Part shown: positions 9,383-20,500 of the stretch, in pieces | Position numbering within the stretch: position 1 is the first letter of the stretch | Layout of the letters: the number at the start of each line of letters is the position of its first letter | Origin: a virus | Taxonomy: Duplodnaviria > Caudoviricetes | DNA length: 58,056 nucleotides | IMG/VR virus record: IMGVR_UViG_3300021373_003097 | Location: 1 to 58,056 of that record | Strand: one strand, 5' to 3' | Made by a program: the position numbers and the translations under genes | The notes under the pieces: generated by a model | Told to the model about the DNA's origin: nothing | What the model saw: the letters and a program-made list of their open reading frames with translations, nothing else | Databases searched by the model: none

Positions 9383-12300
9383 ATGACTGACTTTACAAAC
9401 ACGACATTTCAAAACACTTATAAGGATGATTTTGTCGATTCTGATAACTATCACCGCATCTTATTCAATTCTGGTAGGACTCTTCAGGCGCGTGAACTTA
9501 CTCAGCTCCAGACAATCATTCAGACCGAAGTGTCCAGGTTCGGGGATCATGTATTTAAAGACGGCTCCTTAGTCATTCCTGGAGGCCTTTCCCTCGATAC
9601 AATTGAGTTTGTAAAGCTTGATGGTAACCCTGACATCTCTGCCTTTGCTGTAGGCGACGTCATCACTGAAGATGTCAGCGGCGTAAAGGCCAAGATCTTA
9701 CGAATCGAGCAGTACGTCAGCTCTTCTGAACCTGCAACCTTTTACATCACGTATACAGATGCAAACGGCCAGGTACCTACTACATCTCCTATCAGGTTCA
9801 CTCCATACAACTCCGGTACGGGTATCGGCGTACTCAGAAAGTCCGGAGCATCTGTAAATGTTCAGGTGACAAACACTACAGAAGATCCTGCTGTAGGAGC
9901 TGGAACGGCCGTATCGGTTGCAACAGGAAGCTTCTATGCTCTTAAGCACTTTGTCCAGTGCAATCCTCAGACAGTCATGGTTGCTAAGTACAGCGCAACT
10001 CCTACAGTCGATATCGGGTTCAAAGTCACTGAAAGCATAGTCACCGCAGAAGATGAGTCTGCACTCTACGATAATCAGAACGTTCTTCCTAATGAGACTG
10101 CACCAGGTGCTGACAGGTACAAGATCAATCTTGAACTCACTACATCTGATGCTATTGACTCAGATGAAAACTTTATCTACTTGAACCGATTAGTAGAAGG
10201 TGAGTTCTTAAAAGAGATCGACAGAAGCACATACAATATTATCGGAGAAGAGTCTGCACTTCGTACATTTGAAGAGTCCGGCGACTATATCGTTGAGAGC
10301 TTAGACTTAGACTTTACTCCTGATTCAGACGCAGGCTTAGTAGCTGAGCTTGGACCAGGCATTGCATACATCAAAGGTTATAGATTTAACCAGCAGTCGA
10401 CTCTTCCTATTAAAGTAAACAAGGCAAGAGACTTCCAAGAGATTGAGAACGATACTGTATCTGCGTTTTTTGGAAACTACCTGAACATCGATGGAACTAC
10501 TATCAAGGGAGTGCCGAACATCGATGTGTTTGAAGTTCAGACTCTTTATGATAACGTTAACTTAGGCGGCGCCAATATCGGTACTGCCAGGGTACGTCAG
10601 GTTGAGCAGAACGGTGCAGACTATAAGTACTACCTGTTTGATGTTAACATTAGTCCTGGATACAAGTTCACTGCAGCTAAGAGTATCGGAACTAGCTCTA
10701 CAAGCTACGGCAACATCATTACAGAGAACAATGCAGCTGTACTTAAAGAGGCTGATGAGAATAACCTGTTCTTTGATCTTCCTAGAATTCGCCCCAAGTC
10801 ATTTGACGATATTCAGTTTGTCGTCCAGCGTAGAATCTCTGGTCTGACAACCGACGGCAGTGGTATTGAAACTATCGATGTAGATGTTTCTGGATCTGAA
10901 GCATTCACTAACACTACTACCTGGATCGCAGCATTTGACTCTGATGGTGGGCACGTTGCACCTGTAATCACCCTTCAGCAGGTAACAAACGCAAATGACC
11001 GAGCACAGCTGGACTTTGGAGCTACATATGCCAACAAGAACTTTGAGGTTCTGGTTGCAGTTCAGAAGTCTTATACTCCGGCAAGTGCAGTTATCAGATC
11101 GAAGACTATCACAAACACTACAGTGACTACTACAATTGATTCTGATGGAAGCGGTATCCTCTATATTCCTCTGTCTAAAGCAGACATTTACAATGTAACT
11201 AGAGTCACTGACTCAGACTCAGATGGAGTAGACCTGTCCGGATTCTTTACACTAGATAATGGACAGAGAGATAACTTCTACGGTGAGGGTAGACTCATCC
11301 TCAACACTGGAGTTACAGCTCCATCCGGAAACGTATTCGTTAGATACGACTACTTTGCACATGGGACAGGCCACTTCTTTGGTCCTACATCCTACACTGG
11401 ATTGAACCTGGACAGTATTCCTACATACACCACAAAGCTCGGTGAAGAAGTTGAATTAAGAAACGTATTAGACTTTAGACCGAGAAAAGGTGACGGAGAC
11501 ACTGAGTACTCCACCGGCACCGCGATTGTCAATGAGATTCCTACAAATACTAGCCTGATCACTTCAGATATCGAGTACTATCTTCCTAGAAGAGACATCT
11601 TGGTTCTTACTGCAAACAATGAAGTCGAGTACATTGAAGGAACCAGCTCTTTTAATCCAGTGTACCCAACTACACCTAATGATGCAATGAAGATCTATGA
11701 GATTGATCTTGAAGCTTACACTGATGATGAAGACGATGTAGACTTCTCTTCCATCGGTAACATCAGGTACACTATGGCAGATATCGCTAGACTTGAAGAC
11801 AGGATTGAAAGGGTAGAAGAGACTACTACTCTCAGCCTTCTTGAGTTAAATGCAGCAAACATTGAAGTTCTCGATGACAGTGGGAACAACCGGTTTAAGA
11901 ACGGGTTCTTTGCTGATAACTTTGAGACTAATGATTTTGTAGATATCAGCACCGGCGAGTTCTTTGCTTCCTTTGATGAAGATCAGGATTTGATCCAGCC
12001 TCTGTTTACGAGTAAGAGTGCAAACCTCTTTGTAGACTCCGGAGCATCTTCTGGAGTGACTGTAGCCGGAGAGCTTGTCATGCTTTCCTATAACGACTCC
12101 GCAGTCATCTCTCAGCTGGTAGCATCTGAGACTGAAAACGTCAATCCATTCGCAATCATCTCTCATGTAGGTTCTATTGAGATGGTGCCTTCGGTTGACA
12201 ACTGGACTGAAGTCAATGAGGTCAGAAACGGCCGGTTGATCGTTCAGCCTAGAAGAGTAGCTCAAAGAGTTCAGTTAAGAAGAAGAGCAATTGCTAGTAT

Positions 12301-14536
12301 TGACTGGCGCAGAACTAGAAATGGAAGGCTTGTTGCTAGAAGACGTATTCGTCGTAGACTTCCATTCTCTATTAGAGCTATCATTTTAAGAAACAGAAGA
12401 AATGCAAGAAGGATTCGTCCTTTACCAGAGGTGAACCAACAGTGGAACGTAACTTCAACTACAAGAAGAACTCAAGCCGGTACCACTATCACCACTGTAA
12501 GAGAAAGAACTGAGCTTTCTGACTTTATCAGACCTAGACTAGTATTCTTCCGTGCACGTGGCCTGCGTCCACGCAGCAGACACTTCGCTTTCTTTGATGG
12601 TACTTCTGTGACCAACTTTGTTCGCCAAGAGTCATCTGTAAACAGAAACTCTATTAGAAGGTTGGTTGGTGGACGCTTCCGCGGATCTATAAATCACCCT
12701 GATGGAGACACTGTACTTACAAGTGACAGCGCAGGAGAACTTATCGGATCGTTCTTTATTCCTGCAAACAGGTTCCAGACCGGCGACAGGGAGTTCAAGC
12801 TGATTGATATCAGTGTGGATGATGAAGATGCTGCTCTTTCTCATGCCAGCAGCACTTACAGTGCCAATGGTACAGTGATTACTAGAGAGATCAGCACTCG
12901 ATTCATTCCTCGTCCAAGACCAAGAAGACGTCGTAGAAGATCCAGAAGAAGAGATCCTCTGGCGCAATCGTTCCAGCTTCCAATGGAAACGGGTGGATTC
13001 ATCAGCAAGATCGACGTATTCTTCAAGACACGTCCGACTGAGAACATTCCGATTAGAATGCAAATTCGTCCTATGATTGCCGGTGTTCCTTCTGAGGAGT
13101 TCCTTGCTGAGACTACAGTGTTTAGAGATGAAGTCCAGATCCCTGGAGATCTGGATGACATGACGACAATCGCATCTAGTCCTACTAGCTTCCCATTCGA
13201 AGAGCCTGTGTACCTGCAGCCCGAAACTGAGTACTGCTTTGTCCTCTTAGCAGATACTAATGATTATAATGTCTACGTTGCAAAGGCAGGCGACTTTGAG
13301 ATCGGTACTACTGAAAGAAGAATCAGGCGTCAACCTACCCTCGGATCTATGTTCTTATCACAGAACTCTAGAACCTGGACACCTGACCAGTCCAGAGACC
13401 TGATGTTTGAGATCTATGCAGCATCCTTTAGCACTGGTACCACTGGCACTGCATACTTAAGAAATGATGACATTGAACCGGATCTTCTTGGTAACAACCC
13501 AATCTTTATCGATTCAGGCGAGACAGATGTATTCATCAGGCACCCTAACAGTGGATTGATGAAAGGTGACACAGTTGTTATCGATGGATTAGATTCCAGC
13601 GGAGACTACGGAGGAATTACTGGGACCTCTATCCTTGGCAACAGGACAGTTCAGCGTGTAGACGGATACGGAATCCTGATCACTGCAGATTCTGCTGCAA
13701 CTTCATCCACCGTCACTGGAGGAGACTCAGTCACTGCTACTCAAAACATGATGTTTGACAGGGTTGTACCTAACATCGAAACGTTTATTCGACCAGAAGT
13801 ATCCTTGACCCTGTCAGCTAACTTTATCAACGGTGTATCGCTGTCTAGGGCAAATGAAGTGACTCAGACAGTAGGATACTCTGCGTCTACTACAAACCAC
13901 ATCTTTGACGGAAACGAGCCTATCATCCTTGAAGCTCCATCGATGGTTGCCGGCAGAACCCTAGAGGTAACTAACTTAGGTGCAAATAGATCTGCCAATA
14001 TAACTGCAAGCTTCAGCACTACTAACAAGTGGCTGTCTCCAGTCATCGATATGCAGACGGCTGAGTTAGGCCTATTCAACAATATCATTGATGACCAAGT
14101 GGACTCAGCGGGGCTGGAAACGGCCCTGACCAATGCTCCAGTTAGCTACGTTGCGGAAACAGATCCTGTTGACGGGACTGCTCTTGCTAAGTATGTTTCT
14201 TCAAACATTAATCTTGAGGAGCCAGCGGTAGGGCTTAAGATCTTCATCGGTGCAAACAGACCTTCTGGCTCTAATATCGATGTTTACTACAAGCTGGTAT
14301 CTGCAGGTGAAGACACTGCTATCGAAGATATCAATTGGGTATACATCAGTGAAGAGAGTAATAATCCTACAGATGATGATCCATCGGTCTACAGAGAGTA
14401 TGAGTACCTGATCGGCGGAAACACTGGAACTCTTGATCCATTCTCTACCTTCAAGATCAAGGTAGTGTTTAGATCTGGAAATACATCTAAGGTCCCAAGA
14501 CTTAGAGATATCAGGGCAATCGCTTTAGGAACATAA
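9383..14536 (+). CDS. large baseplate/virion structural protein (DUF4815/VrlC-like)
   Basis: YKDDF..NYHRILFNSGRTLQARELTQLQT, APGADRYKI, RFKNGFFADNF, NVNPFA and DPLAQSF motifs. Confidence 0.85.
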   Translation: MTDFTNTTFQNTYKDDFVDSDNYHRILFNSGRTLQARELTQLQTIIQTEVSRFGDHVFKDGSLVIPGGLSLDTIEFVKLDGNPDISAFAVGDVITEDVSGVKAKILRIEQYVSSSEPATFYITYTDANGQVPTTSPIRFTPYNSGTGIGVLRKSGASVNVQVTNTTEDPAVGAGTAVSVATGSFYALKHFVQCNPQTVMVAKYSATPTVDIGFKVTESIVTAEDESALYDNQNVLPNETAPGADRYKINLELTTSDAIDSDENFIYLNRLVEGEFLKEIDRSTYNIIGEESALRTFEESGDYIVESLDLDFTPDSDAGLVAELGPGIAYIKGYRFNQQSTLPIKVNKARDFQEIENDTVSAFFGNYLNIDGTTIKGVPNIDVFEVQTLYDNVNLGGANIGTARVRQVEQNGADYKYYLFDVNISPGYKFTAAKSIGTSSTSYGNIITENNAAVLKEADENNLFFDLPRIRPKSFDDIQFVVQRRISGLTTDGSGIETIDVDVSGSEAFTNTTTWIAAFDSDGGHVAPVITLQQVTNANDRAQLDFGATYANKNFEVLVAVQKSYTPASAVIRSKTITNTTVTTTIDSDGSGILYIPLSKADIYNVTRVTDSDSDGVDLSGFFTLDNGQRDNFYGEGRLILNTGVTAPSGNVFVRYDYFAHGTGHFFGPTSYTGLNLDSIPTYTTKLGEEVELRNVLDFRPRKGDGDTEYSTGTAIVNEIPTNTSLITSDIEYYLPRRDILVLTANNEVEYIEGTSSFNPVYPTTPNDAMKIYEIDLEAYTDDEDDVDFSSIGNIRYTMADIARLEDRIERVEETTTLSLLELNAANIEVLDDSGNNRFKNGFFADNFETNDFVDISTGEFFASFDEDQDLIQPLFTSKSANLFVDSGASSGVTVAGELVMLSYNDSAVISQLVASETENVNPFAIISHVGSIEMVPSVDNWTEVNEVRNGRLIVQPRRVAQRVQLRRRAIASIDWRRTRNGRLVARRRIRRRLPFSIRAIILRNRRNARRIRPLPEVNQQWNVTSTTRRTQAGTTITTVRERTELSDFIRPRLVFFRARGLRPRSRHFAFFDGTSVTNFVRQESSVNRNSIRRLVGGRFRGSINHPDGDTVLTSDSAGELIGSFFIPANRFQTGDREFKLIDISVDDEDAALSHASSTYSANGTVITREISTRFIPRPRPRRRRRRSRRRDPLAQSFQLPMETGGFISKIDVFFKTRPTENIPIRMQIRPMIAGVPSEEFLAETTVFRDEVQIPGDLDDMTTIASSPTSFPFEEPVYLQPETEYCFVLLADTNDYNVYVAKAGDFEIGTTERRIRRQPTLGSMFLSQNSRTWTPDQSRDLMFEIYAASFSTGTTGTAYLRNDDIEPDLLGNNPIFIDSGETDVFIRHPNSGLMKGDTVVIDGLDSSGDYGGITGTSILGNRTVQRVDGYGILITADSAATSSTVTGGDSVTATQNMMFDRVVPNIETFIRPEVSLTLSANFINGVSLSRANEVTQTVGYSASTTNHIFDGNEPIILEAPSMVAGRTLEVTNLGANRSANITASFSTTNKWLSPVIDMQTAELGLFNNIIDDQVDSAGLETALTNAPVSYVAETDPVDGTALAKYVSSNINLEEPAVGLKIFIGANRPSGSNIDVYYKLVSAGEDTAIEDINWVYISEESNNPTDDDPSVYREYEYLIGGNTGTLDPFSTFKIKVVFRSGNTSKVPRLRDIRAIALGT

Positions 14537-14537
14537 T

Positions 14538-14738
14538 ATGTCATTGATTAAAGTTGAAGGGCACGATTATCTTTACAGAAATGGAAGTGGTGCCATCGTT
14601 AACATGAATAAAAAAGGTCTGGCTCAGGCCAAGATGCAGAAGAAGAAAAGAGAAAAAGAAAAGAGACGTATCGAGAATCTTGAGGAAGAAGTTTCACAAT
14701 TAAAAAGAATGATCCAAACAATTATCGATAAGCAATAA
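14538..14738 (+). CDS. small coiled-coil hypothetical protein
   Basis: KVEGHDYLYR..SGAIVN followed by a coiled-coil; usual neighbour of the preceding gene. Confidence 0.7.
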   Translation: MSLIKVEGHDYLYRNGSGAIVNMNKKGLAQAKMQKKKREKEKRRIENLEEEVSQLKRMIQTIIDKQ

Positions 14739-14750
14739 TAAATTGAAGAA

Positions 14751-14758
14751 TATAAATA
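14751..14758 (+). promoter_or_regulatory. T4-type late promoter
   Basis: Exact TATAAATA. Confidence 0.85.
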
Positions 14759-14795
14759 AGTATATTATTTTACGCGAGTATCTGAAGGAATAACA

Positions 14796-15155
14796 ATGGC
14801 TCAGAAAAGAGACCTTACAGTTGATCAAGGAAGTGATGTTGCTATTGAACTTCACTTAGTGGAGGAAGACAATACTCCTAAAGATATTGAAGGCTACTTT
14901 GTCAGCGGAATGATTAAGAAGACGTATAACACTACTGATAGTGATTACATCTTTAATTTTTCTGTAAGCTATGGGCAACCTTTGACTGACGGGATCATTA
15001 ACCTCTTCTTAGATAAGAGTGTGACTGGTTCCATGAAGGCCGGAAGATACGTTTATGATGTTGAATTAAGAAATACTGATGGTATTGACAGCGCTACAAC
15101 AATCGAAAGAATCCTAGAAGGAAAACTGACAGTAACACCTTCGGTGACGAGATAA
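14796..15155 (+). CDS. virion adaptor protein (Ig/BppU-N-like)
   Basis: LTVDQGSD...GRYVYDVEL...RILEGKLTVTPSVT. Confidence 0.7.
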   Translation: MAQKRDLTVDQGSDVAIELHLVEEDNTPKDIEGYFVSGMIKKTYNTTDSDYIFNFSVSYGQPLTDGIINLFLDKSVTGSMKAGRYVYDVELRNTDGIDSATTIERILEGKLTVTPSVTR

Positions 15156-15157
15156 AC

Positions 15158-15511
15158 ATGCCAACTTATGTAAGTGAACTAAGACGAACTAAAGAGGCTA
15201 AGAAAGTCAAGGTAGAATATAAGAACACTACCTTAGTCGAAAAGATTGTTATTGGTAGTCCTGTAGGGACTCTTAGGACTGCTGCCAGAACTGACTTGTC
15301 CATCATCAATGCTCAAGATGCTTTTGACAGTGATGGTAATGCTTTGCAGGGCATCGCCAACAATACCCTTAGAGCTTCTCAGGGATTATCTGAGATTAAA
15401 GATGGCAGTATATTAACGTTTAATGATGATGCTTCTAGCGGCGCTAGTTATCGTGGATGGAGAGCGAAAGTAGTATTAGATAAACAGACGATTAACGGGG
15501 GCAAGTTCTAA
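15158..15511 (+). CDS. small fibre-associated protein
   Basis: DGSILTFN..W motif; ends INGGKF. Confidence 0.6.
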   Translation: MPTYVSELRRTKEAKKVKVEYKNTTLVEKIVIGSPVGTLRTAARTDLSIINAQDAFDSDGNALQGIANNTLRASQGLSEIKDGSILTFNDDASSGASYRGWRAKVVLDKQTINGGKF

Positions 15512-17491
15512 ATGGCTGCCATAATTCTTTTAAAACGTTCGGACTCGGCGACTGCTCCCGCAGATGATGCCCTTCAGCGGGGTGAACCGGCATATACCTT
15601 TGCCACATCAACAGGCGGTGCACCGAATCCTAGCGTAATCGCTGGTGATAGATTATTCATCGGTGTTCCAGACGGAACTGGAAGCAGAGCAGCTATCATT
15701 GGTGGTGAGTACTACACCAAGAAGATGGACCATACTCCAGGTGTTCTTCAAACAACGTTGGCATCTGATAACAACTACGGTACGGTCGTTCTTGTAGATA
15801 GTGAAGGTGTCATTGACAAGTGGAGAGTAGATAATCTTCGCTTTGGTGAAAATGATAGCAACACAATTACGACCGCTAGCGGAAACCTGATTTTAAACTC
15901 ACAGACAGGTGTAATTGAATTCAGCGGAGCCGTGCTGGACAGCATCAGCAGTGTCACTGCAGACTCCGCAACTTTTGACAAGATCACTGTAACTGGAACT
16001 GGCGCTAACATTACTGTTGCCAATCTAAATGTTACTGATTCTGCCAACATTGCGTTCTTTACAGCAGACTCCGCAAAGATCGATTCGGCAGAGATTGATG
16101 TTCTATACGTAACGGACTCGGCATACGTAGTCAATAGAATCCGCACAGCATATGTCCTTGCAGACTCTGCAAAGATCGGCAGCCTGATATTTGACGGCAC
16201 TAATATCCAGTCCACTTCAGACAGCGGTACGATTACGATTAATCCATGGCCAGTTGGAGATTCTGGCGAAGTAATCATTAAAGGTAACCTCAGGGTAGAT
16301 GGTACCACTACAACTATCAACTCAACTGAGCTTACTGTAAATGACATTAAGATCATTCTCGGCGACTCTGCTGGTCAGGCATCTGATCTCCAAGGTGCTG
16401 GTATTCAGATCGGTGACTCAGCTAGCTGGGCAGGAGAAACTAACACTACACCACCTCAGCTTCTGTGGGATGATGGCAATGATAGGTTTGACTTTAATAG
16501 AAATGTTAGAGTCAACAATGAGATTAATACTAACACTCTACGAGCAATCAATGTCATTACAACCGGTGTAGCTACTCTTGCCGGCCTGAATGTAAGTGAC
16601 TCTGCGTATATTCCTAATCTTAGAGCTGACAGCGCACATTTAGTAGATGTAGATATTGATTCTGGTCACGCTATTAGATTTACTGCAGATAGTATAACAG
16701 TAACTAACCTGACGGTTACCGGCACTACGGGTGGAACTTCATTCACTACGTTAAATGTTACTGACTCTGCTTATATCAATAATCTATTTGCAGATTCAGC
16801 ATATATAGCTGGAGGTGAAGCAAACCTGACGTTCTTAGACGTCGGCGATTCTGCATATATCAATAATCTATTTGTAGATTCTGCTTACCTGTCGTTTGGA
16901 AGAATTGCAGATGCATATGTTGACAGCGCTTATATCACTCAGCTCTATGGATCTCAAGTAGACATTGATTCTGCCAGCATCAGTAACTCCTACTTAGTCT
17001 ATGCTGATGTAGACAAAGCGCATATCGACAGCGTAGATATTGATAGGCTTCAAGTCGACTCTGCAGACATAACTAACCTATACGTAGACTCTGCTCATGC
17101 CCTGACGCTTTCTGCAGACTCCGCTACGTTTGACATCTTAAGAATCACGGACTCTGTCGGTCTTAAGACGCTGTTCGACTCTACAGACTTTATCTTCATT
17201 GATGCTCCAGGTAAGCCTCAGGTTGCGCTTAAAGCAGAGGCCATTGAAGACTTTGTCGGAGACATGGTTGATCATACAACCATTAGTGATCAGACCAATA
17301 TCAGAGTTACGTATGACAGCACAGCAGGTGCGCTTGACTTTGAAGTTCCATTTGCCACCTCAGTTGCAAACAAGAACTCGGGCAGTGGTATTGCAGGCGG
17401 AGCCGGTGTAGCCAAGTTTGCTGACAGCGATTTCTTTGTTGATTCAAATGGATTTGTAGCCATTACACAGGTAGACGGCGGAACGTTCTAA
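15512..17491 (+). CDS. tail fibre protein with periodic DSA beta repeats
   Basis: N-terminal IILLKRS...GEPAYT, GNLRVDGTTTTINST, 5/10-residue DSA periodicity; ends VDGGTF. Confidence 0.8.
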   Translation: MAAIILLKRSDSATAPADDALQRGEPAYTFATSTGGAPNPSVIAGDRLFIGVPDGTGSRAAIIGGEYYTKKMDHTPGVLQTTLASDNNYGTVVLVDSEGVIDKWRVDNLRFGENDSNTITTASGNLILNSQTGVIEFSGAVLDSISSVTADSATFDKITVTGTGANITVANLNVTDSANIAFFTADSAKIDSAEIDVLYVTDSAYVVNRIRTAYVLADSAKIGSLIFDGTNIQSTSDSGTITINPWPVGDSGEVIIKGNLRVDGTTTTINSTELTVNDIKIILGDSAGQASDLQGAGIQIGDSASWAGETNTTPPQLLWDDGNDRFDFNRNVRVNNEINTNTLRAINVITTGVATLAGLNVSDSAYIPNLRADSAHLVDVDIDSGHAIRFTADSITVTNLTVTGTTGGTSFTTLNVTDSAYINNLFADSAYIAGGEANLTFLDVGDSAYINNLFVDSAYLSFGRIADAYVDSAYITQLYGSQVDIDSASISNSYLVYADVDKAHIDSVDIDRLQVDSADITNLYVDSAHALTLSADSATFDILRITDSVGLKTLFDSTDFIFIDAPGKPQVALKAEAIEDFVGDMVDHTTISDQTNIRVTYDSTAGALDFEVPFATSVANKNSGSGIAGGAGVAKFADSDFFVDSNGFVAITQVDGGTF

Positions 17492-17492
17492 G

Positions 17493-17500
17493 TATAAATA
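17493..17500 (+). promoter_or_regulatory. T4-type late promoter
   Basis: Exact TATAAATA right after the stop codon. Confidence 0.85.
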
Positions 17501-17506
17501 AATGAA

Positions 17507-17536
17507 AGTGGCGGGGCTCATATAGTTGTCGCCACT
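17507..17536 (+). promoter_or_regulatory. intergenic stem-loop
   Basis: AGTGGCG...CGCCACT arms, extendable by G-U pairs; no U-tract follows. Confidence 0.5.
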
Positions 17537-17588
17537 ATAAAATATAAATCTTTAGACTTTATAGTCGTATGGAAAACCTGGAGACGTA

Positions 17589-20500
17589 ATGTCAGCTACT
17601 ATTAAACTGCGCCGTAGTTCGGTTGCTGGTAACAAACCTACAACTGATCAGCTCGCATTAGGCGAGGTAGCCATCAACACGCATGATGGCACGATGTTCT
17701 TCAAAAGAGATAAAGAAGGCCAGCTCTCTATTGTAGAACTGGGCGGGTCTGCTGTAGCAGAAAACGTTTTCTATGTTTCCAAAAGCGGCGATGACAGTAA
17801 CGATGGCAGTAGTCTCGACAAAGCATTCCTTACGATCGATAAAGCTTTAGAAGAAGCGGCCAAGAGAAGAGGTTCAGTTGGTCTTGACTCCGATGGCGCT
17901 GAAGGATCTGTACTTGAAAATAAAACTAGAAGAGATCTGGGTCTTTACATTGACGGATCTAAGTACGATATTGCTTTAGGAACTACGTTTAATCAGATCT
18001 TCCAAGGACGGGCCGGATCCTACACTAAAGGTAAAGACGAAGTAATAACTAGCCTCGACTATGTTAAAGCTAGCTTCTCGGCCACGAGCGGAGACCCTAT
18101 AGGCCTTTCTCGTATAAGAAATACACCTAGCATAGTTACAAGATCCAATGATTACTGGAACGAACTTAAAGATATTATCGATAGCGGTAGAGATAACGCC
18201 GATACACTAGACTCAAATTCATACTTACAAATAACTGGTTACTACACTAACTCCACAGTTGAGGATAATGCTACACGATCTAGAAGACTTCTTCTAGACA
18301 ATAAGCTTTTCTTTGCTGAAGAAGTAAGTAACTATATTGAAAAGCAGATTGCTGAAGCACCTACATGGTATGAGTTTAACTATAACAAAGGCAAGTGTAA
18401 TAGAGACACTAAGCTGCTCGTAGACGCAGTTAGATATGATACTCTCTTTGGAACTAACATTAGATCCGTGTCAGCGGCCATCAGATACTACAATGGAACA
18501 GCTAATACGGTACTGAACAATCAAAAGACCCAGACCGTACAGTCCTTTACTAAGGCAAAAGAGTTTACTTCCCTTAACTTAACTGATGCTGGTACGATTA
18601 CTACTGCAGAAGCTTTGTGGGACGAAATCATTGAGATTGTAGATAGTGGATCTGCAGACATTGATGCAGGATCCGGAGTGGCAGATGCCTATAACTACGC
18701 TACTCCGATCGGATCTGCAACCTTCCCGACTAACAGAGATTCTGACTTCGGTCATGCTGCCAATCAATTGTATGTAAATAAGCTTCACATTCAAGAAGAA
18801 ATCATTGGATGGATTCTAAAGCAGGTGACGGATCAGACTGCTCCATTCACTTCTTCCTTCTCATACGATAGTGTGTCGTGCAAAAGAGACGTGGGTCTGG
18901 TACTGGATGCAGTTATCTATGACACTATCTATGGAGGTAACTTACAATCATACGATGCGGCCATTGCATACTATGTAGGAGCACAGGCACAGTATGGTGA
19001 CGGAGAGAAAGAAGAAACTATTGCTGCCCTTCAGAGACTGAAGGACGTAGTCAGTGATGTGGTTCTAGCTAATAACATTACAGAGTCTCAAGACCCTTCG
19101 TACTATACTGGAAATCAGTTAACTAATGCTAATGCTGGAGATTCAGCTTCAGCAATATTTGCCGCAGCTCGTATCGAAGATATTATTGGATATCTTGAGA
19201 CTGATGGTGGTGATGCACCAACTAGATTATATCCAGATACGTCTTGGCCATCTGCTACTCTACGGGGGCAGTTTATTCGTCTGGAGGACAGTGCCCAACA
19301 ATCAATTGCCGATTCTACCGTAGGATGGATTAATGAGCAAGTTGACTTAGCTGAAGACTTTAACAGTTTCAACTATGACTCTAATGTTAGAGTTAAGTCT
19401 AAGAGAGATACCAGATTTACCATTGAAGCTTTGACCTACGATGCAACATATCTTGGTAATGCAGGAAGCTACGACAACGCAGCGTTCTTCCAGAATGATG
19501 GACCTCAGATCCCTAAAGTACAGAGAGGGATCTGTAAAGCTGCTTTCAATAGACTCAGCACTGTAGTTAATCAAGTACTGCTCGGTGACTCTGTCGAGCT
19601 ATCTGATAGCACTAACGCATATAACGGTAACTTACAGCAGTTTAATAGTGTTTATCCAGATTCGGCTAAAGCCACTGAGCTTTCTAGCCTGATCAGCATG
19701 ACTGCTAGAGTTATCGACAGTGGACTGGATGCACTTCCTGCATCTAGAATCACTCCTGATCTTGACACAGAGGCTAACTTCGACTCCGCTACTCTGAACA
19801 CCGGAGGCATCGACTACAAAGCGGCGTTTGATCAGATCACTGAGGAAGACTCAAACATCATTGATAACACCATTACTCATCTTGACAGCGTGTATCCGCT
19901 ACTGTTTGATATCGGTGATAGGTACCAGGATGTACTTGATGCGCCAGAGATTGCATCTACCATCTATGTTAAGACTGGTGAATATCTTGTTAACAATCCA
20001 GTAGAGATTCCAAAGAACGTTTCTCTCATTGGTGATAACTTGAAGAACACTAGCATCAGACCTAAGAACAAGACGTCTGACGTATTCTACCTGAACAACA
20101 ATGCCTACGTCAGTGACTTCACTTTCCGCGATCACCTGCAGCCAGCTGCAGTGTTCTGCTGGGACCCTGCTGGAACTCCAGATACGAATGTAATCGTAAA
20201 CTCTCCATATATTAGAAACTGCACGTCTATCACTGGTCCTGATCTTAGTCGTAATGATGATGGAACGTATGTGTATCCGGACAGCTCAGGTGATCTGTAT
20301 ACTCCAGCATCCGGTGGGGATGGTATCAGAAACGACGGTAACCATTCAGGTGGTATTAGATCAATGGTTGTTGACTCCTTTACACAAATCAACCAGGGTG
20401 GTAAAGGTATCTACCTAAAGAACAGAGGCTACTGTCAGCTGGTATCAGTGTTTACTGTATACTGTGATGTAGCGTTCTTAGCAGAAGACGGTGGCTTTGC

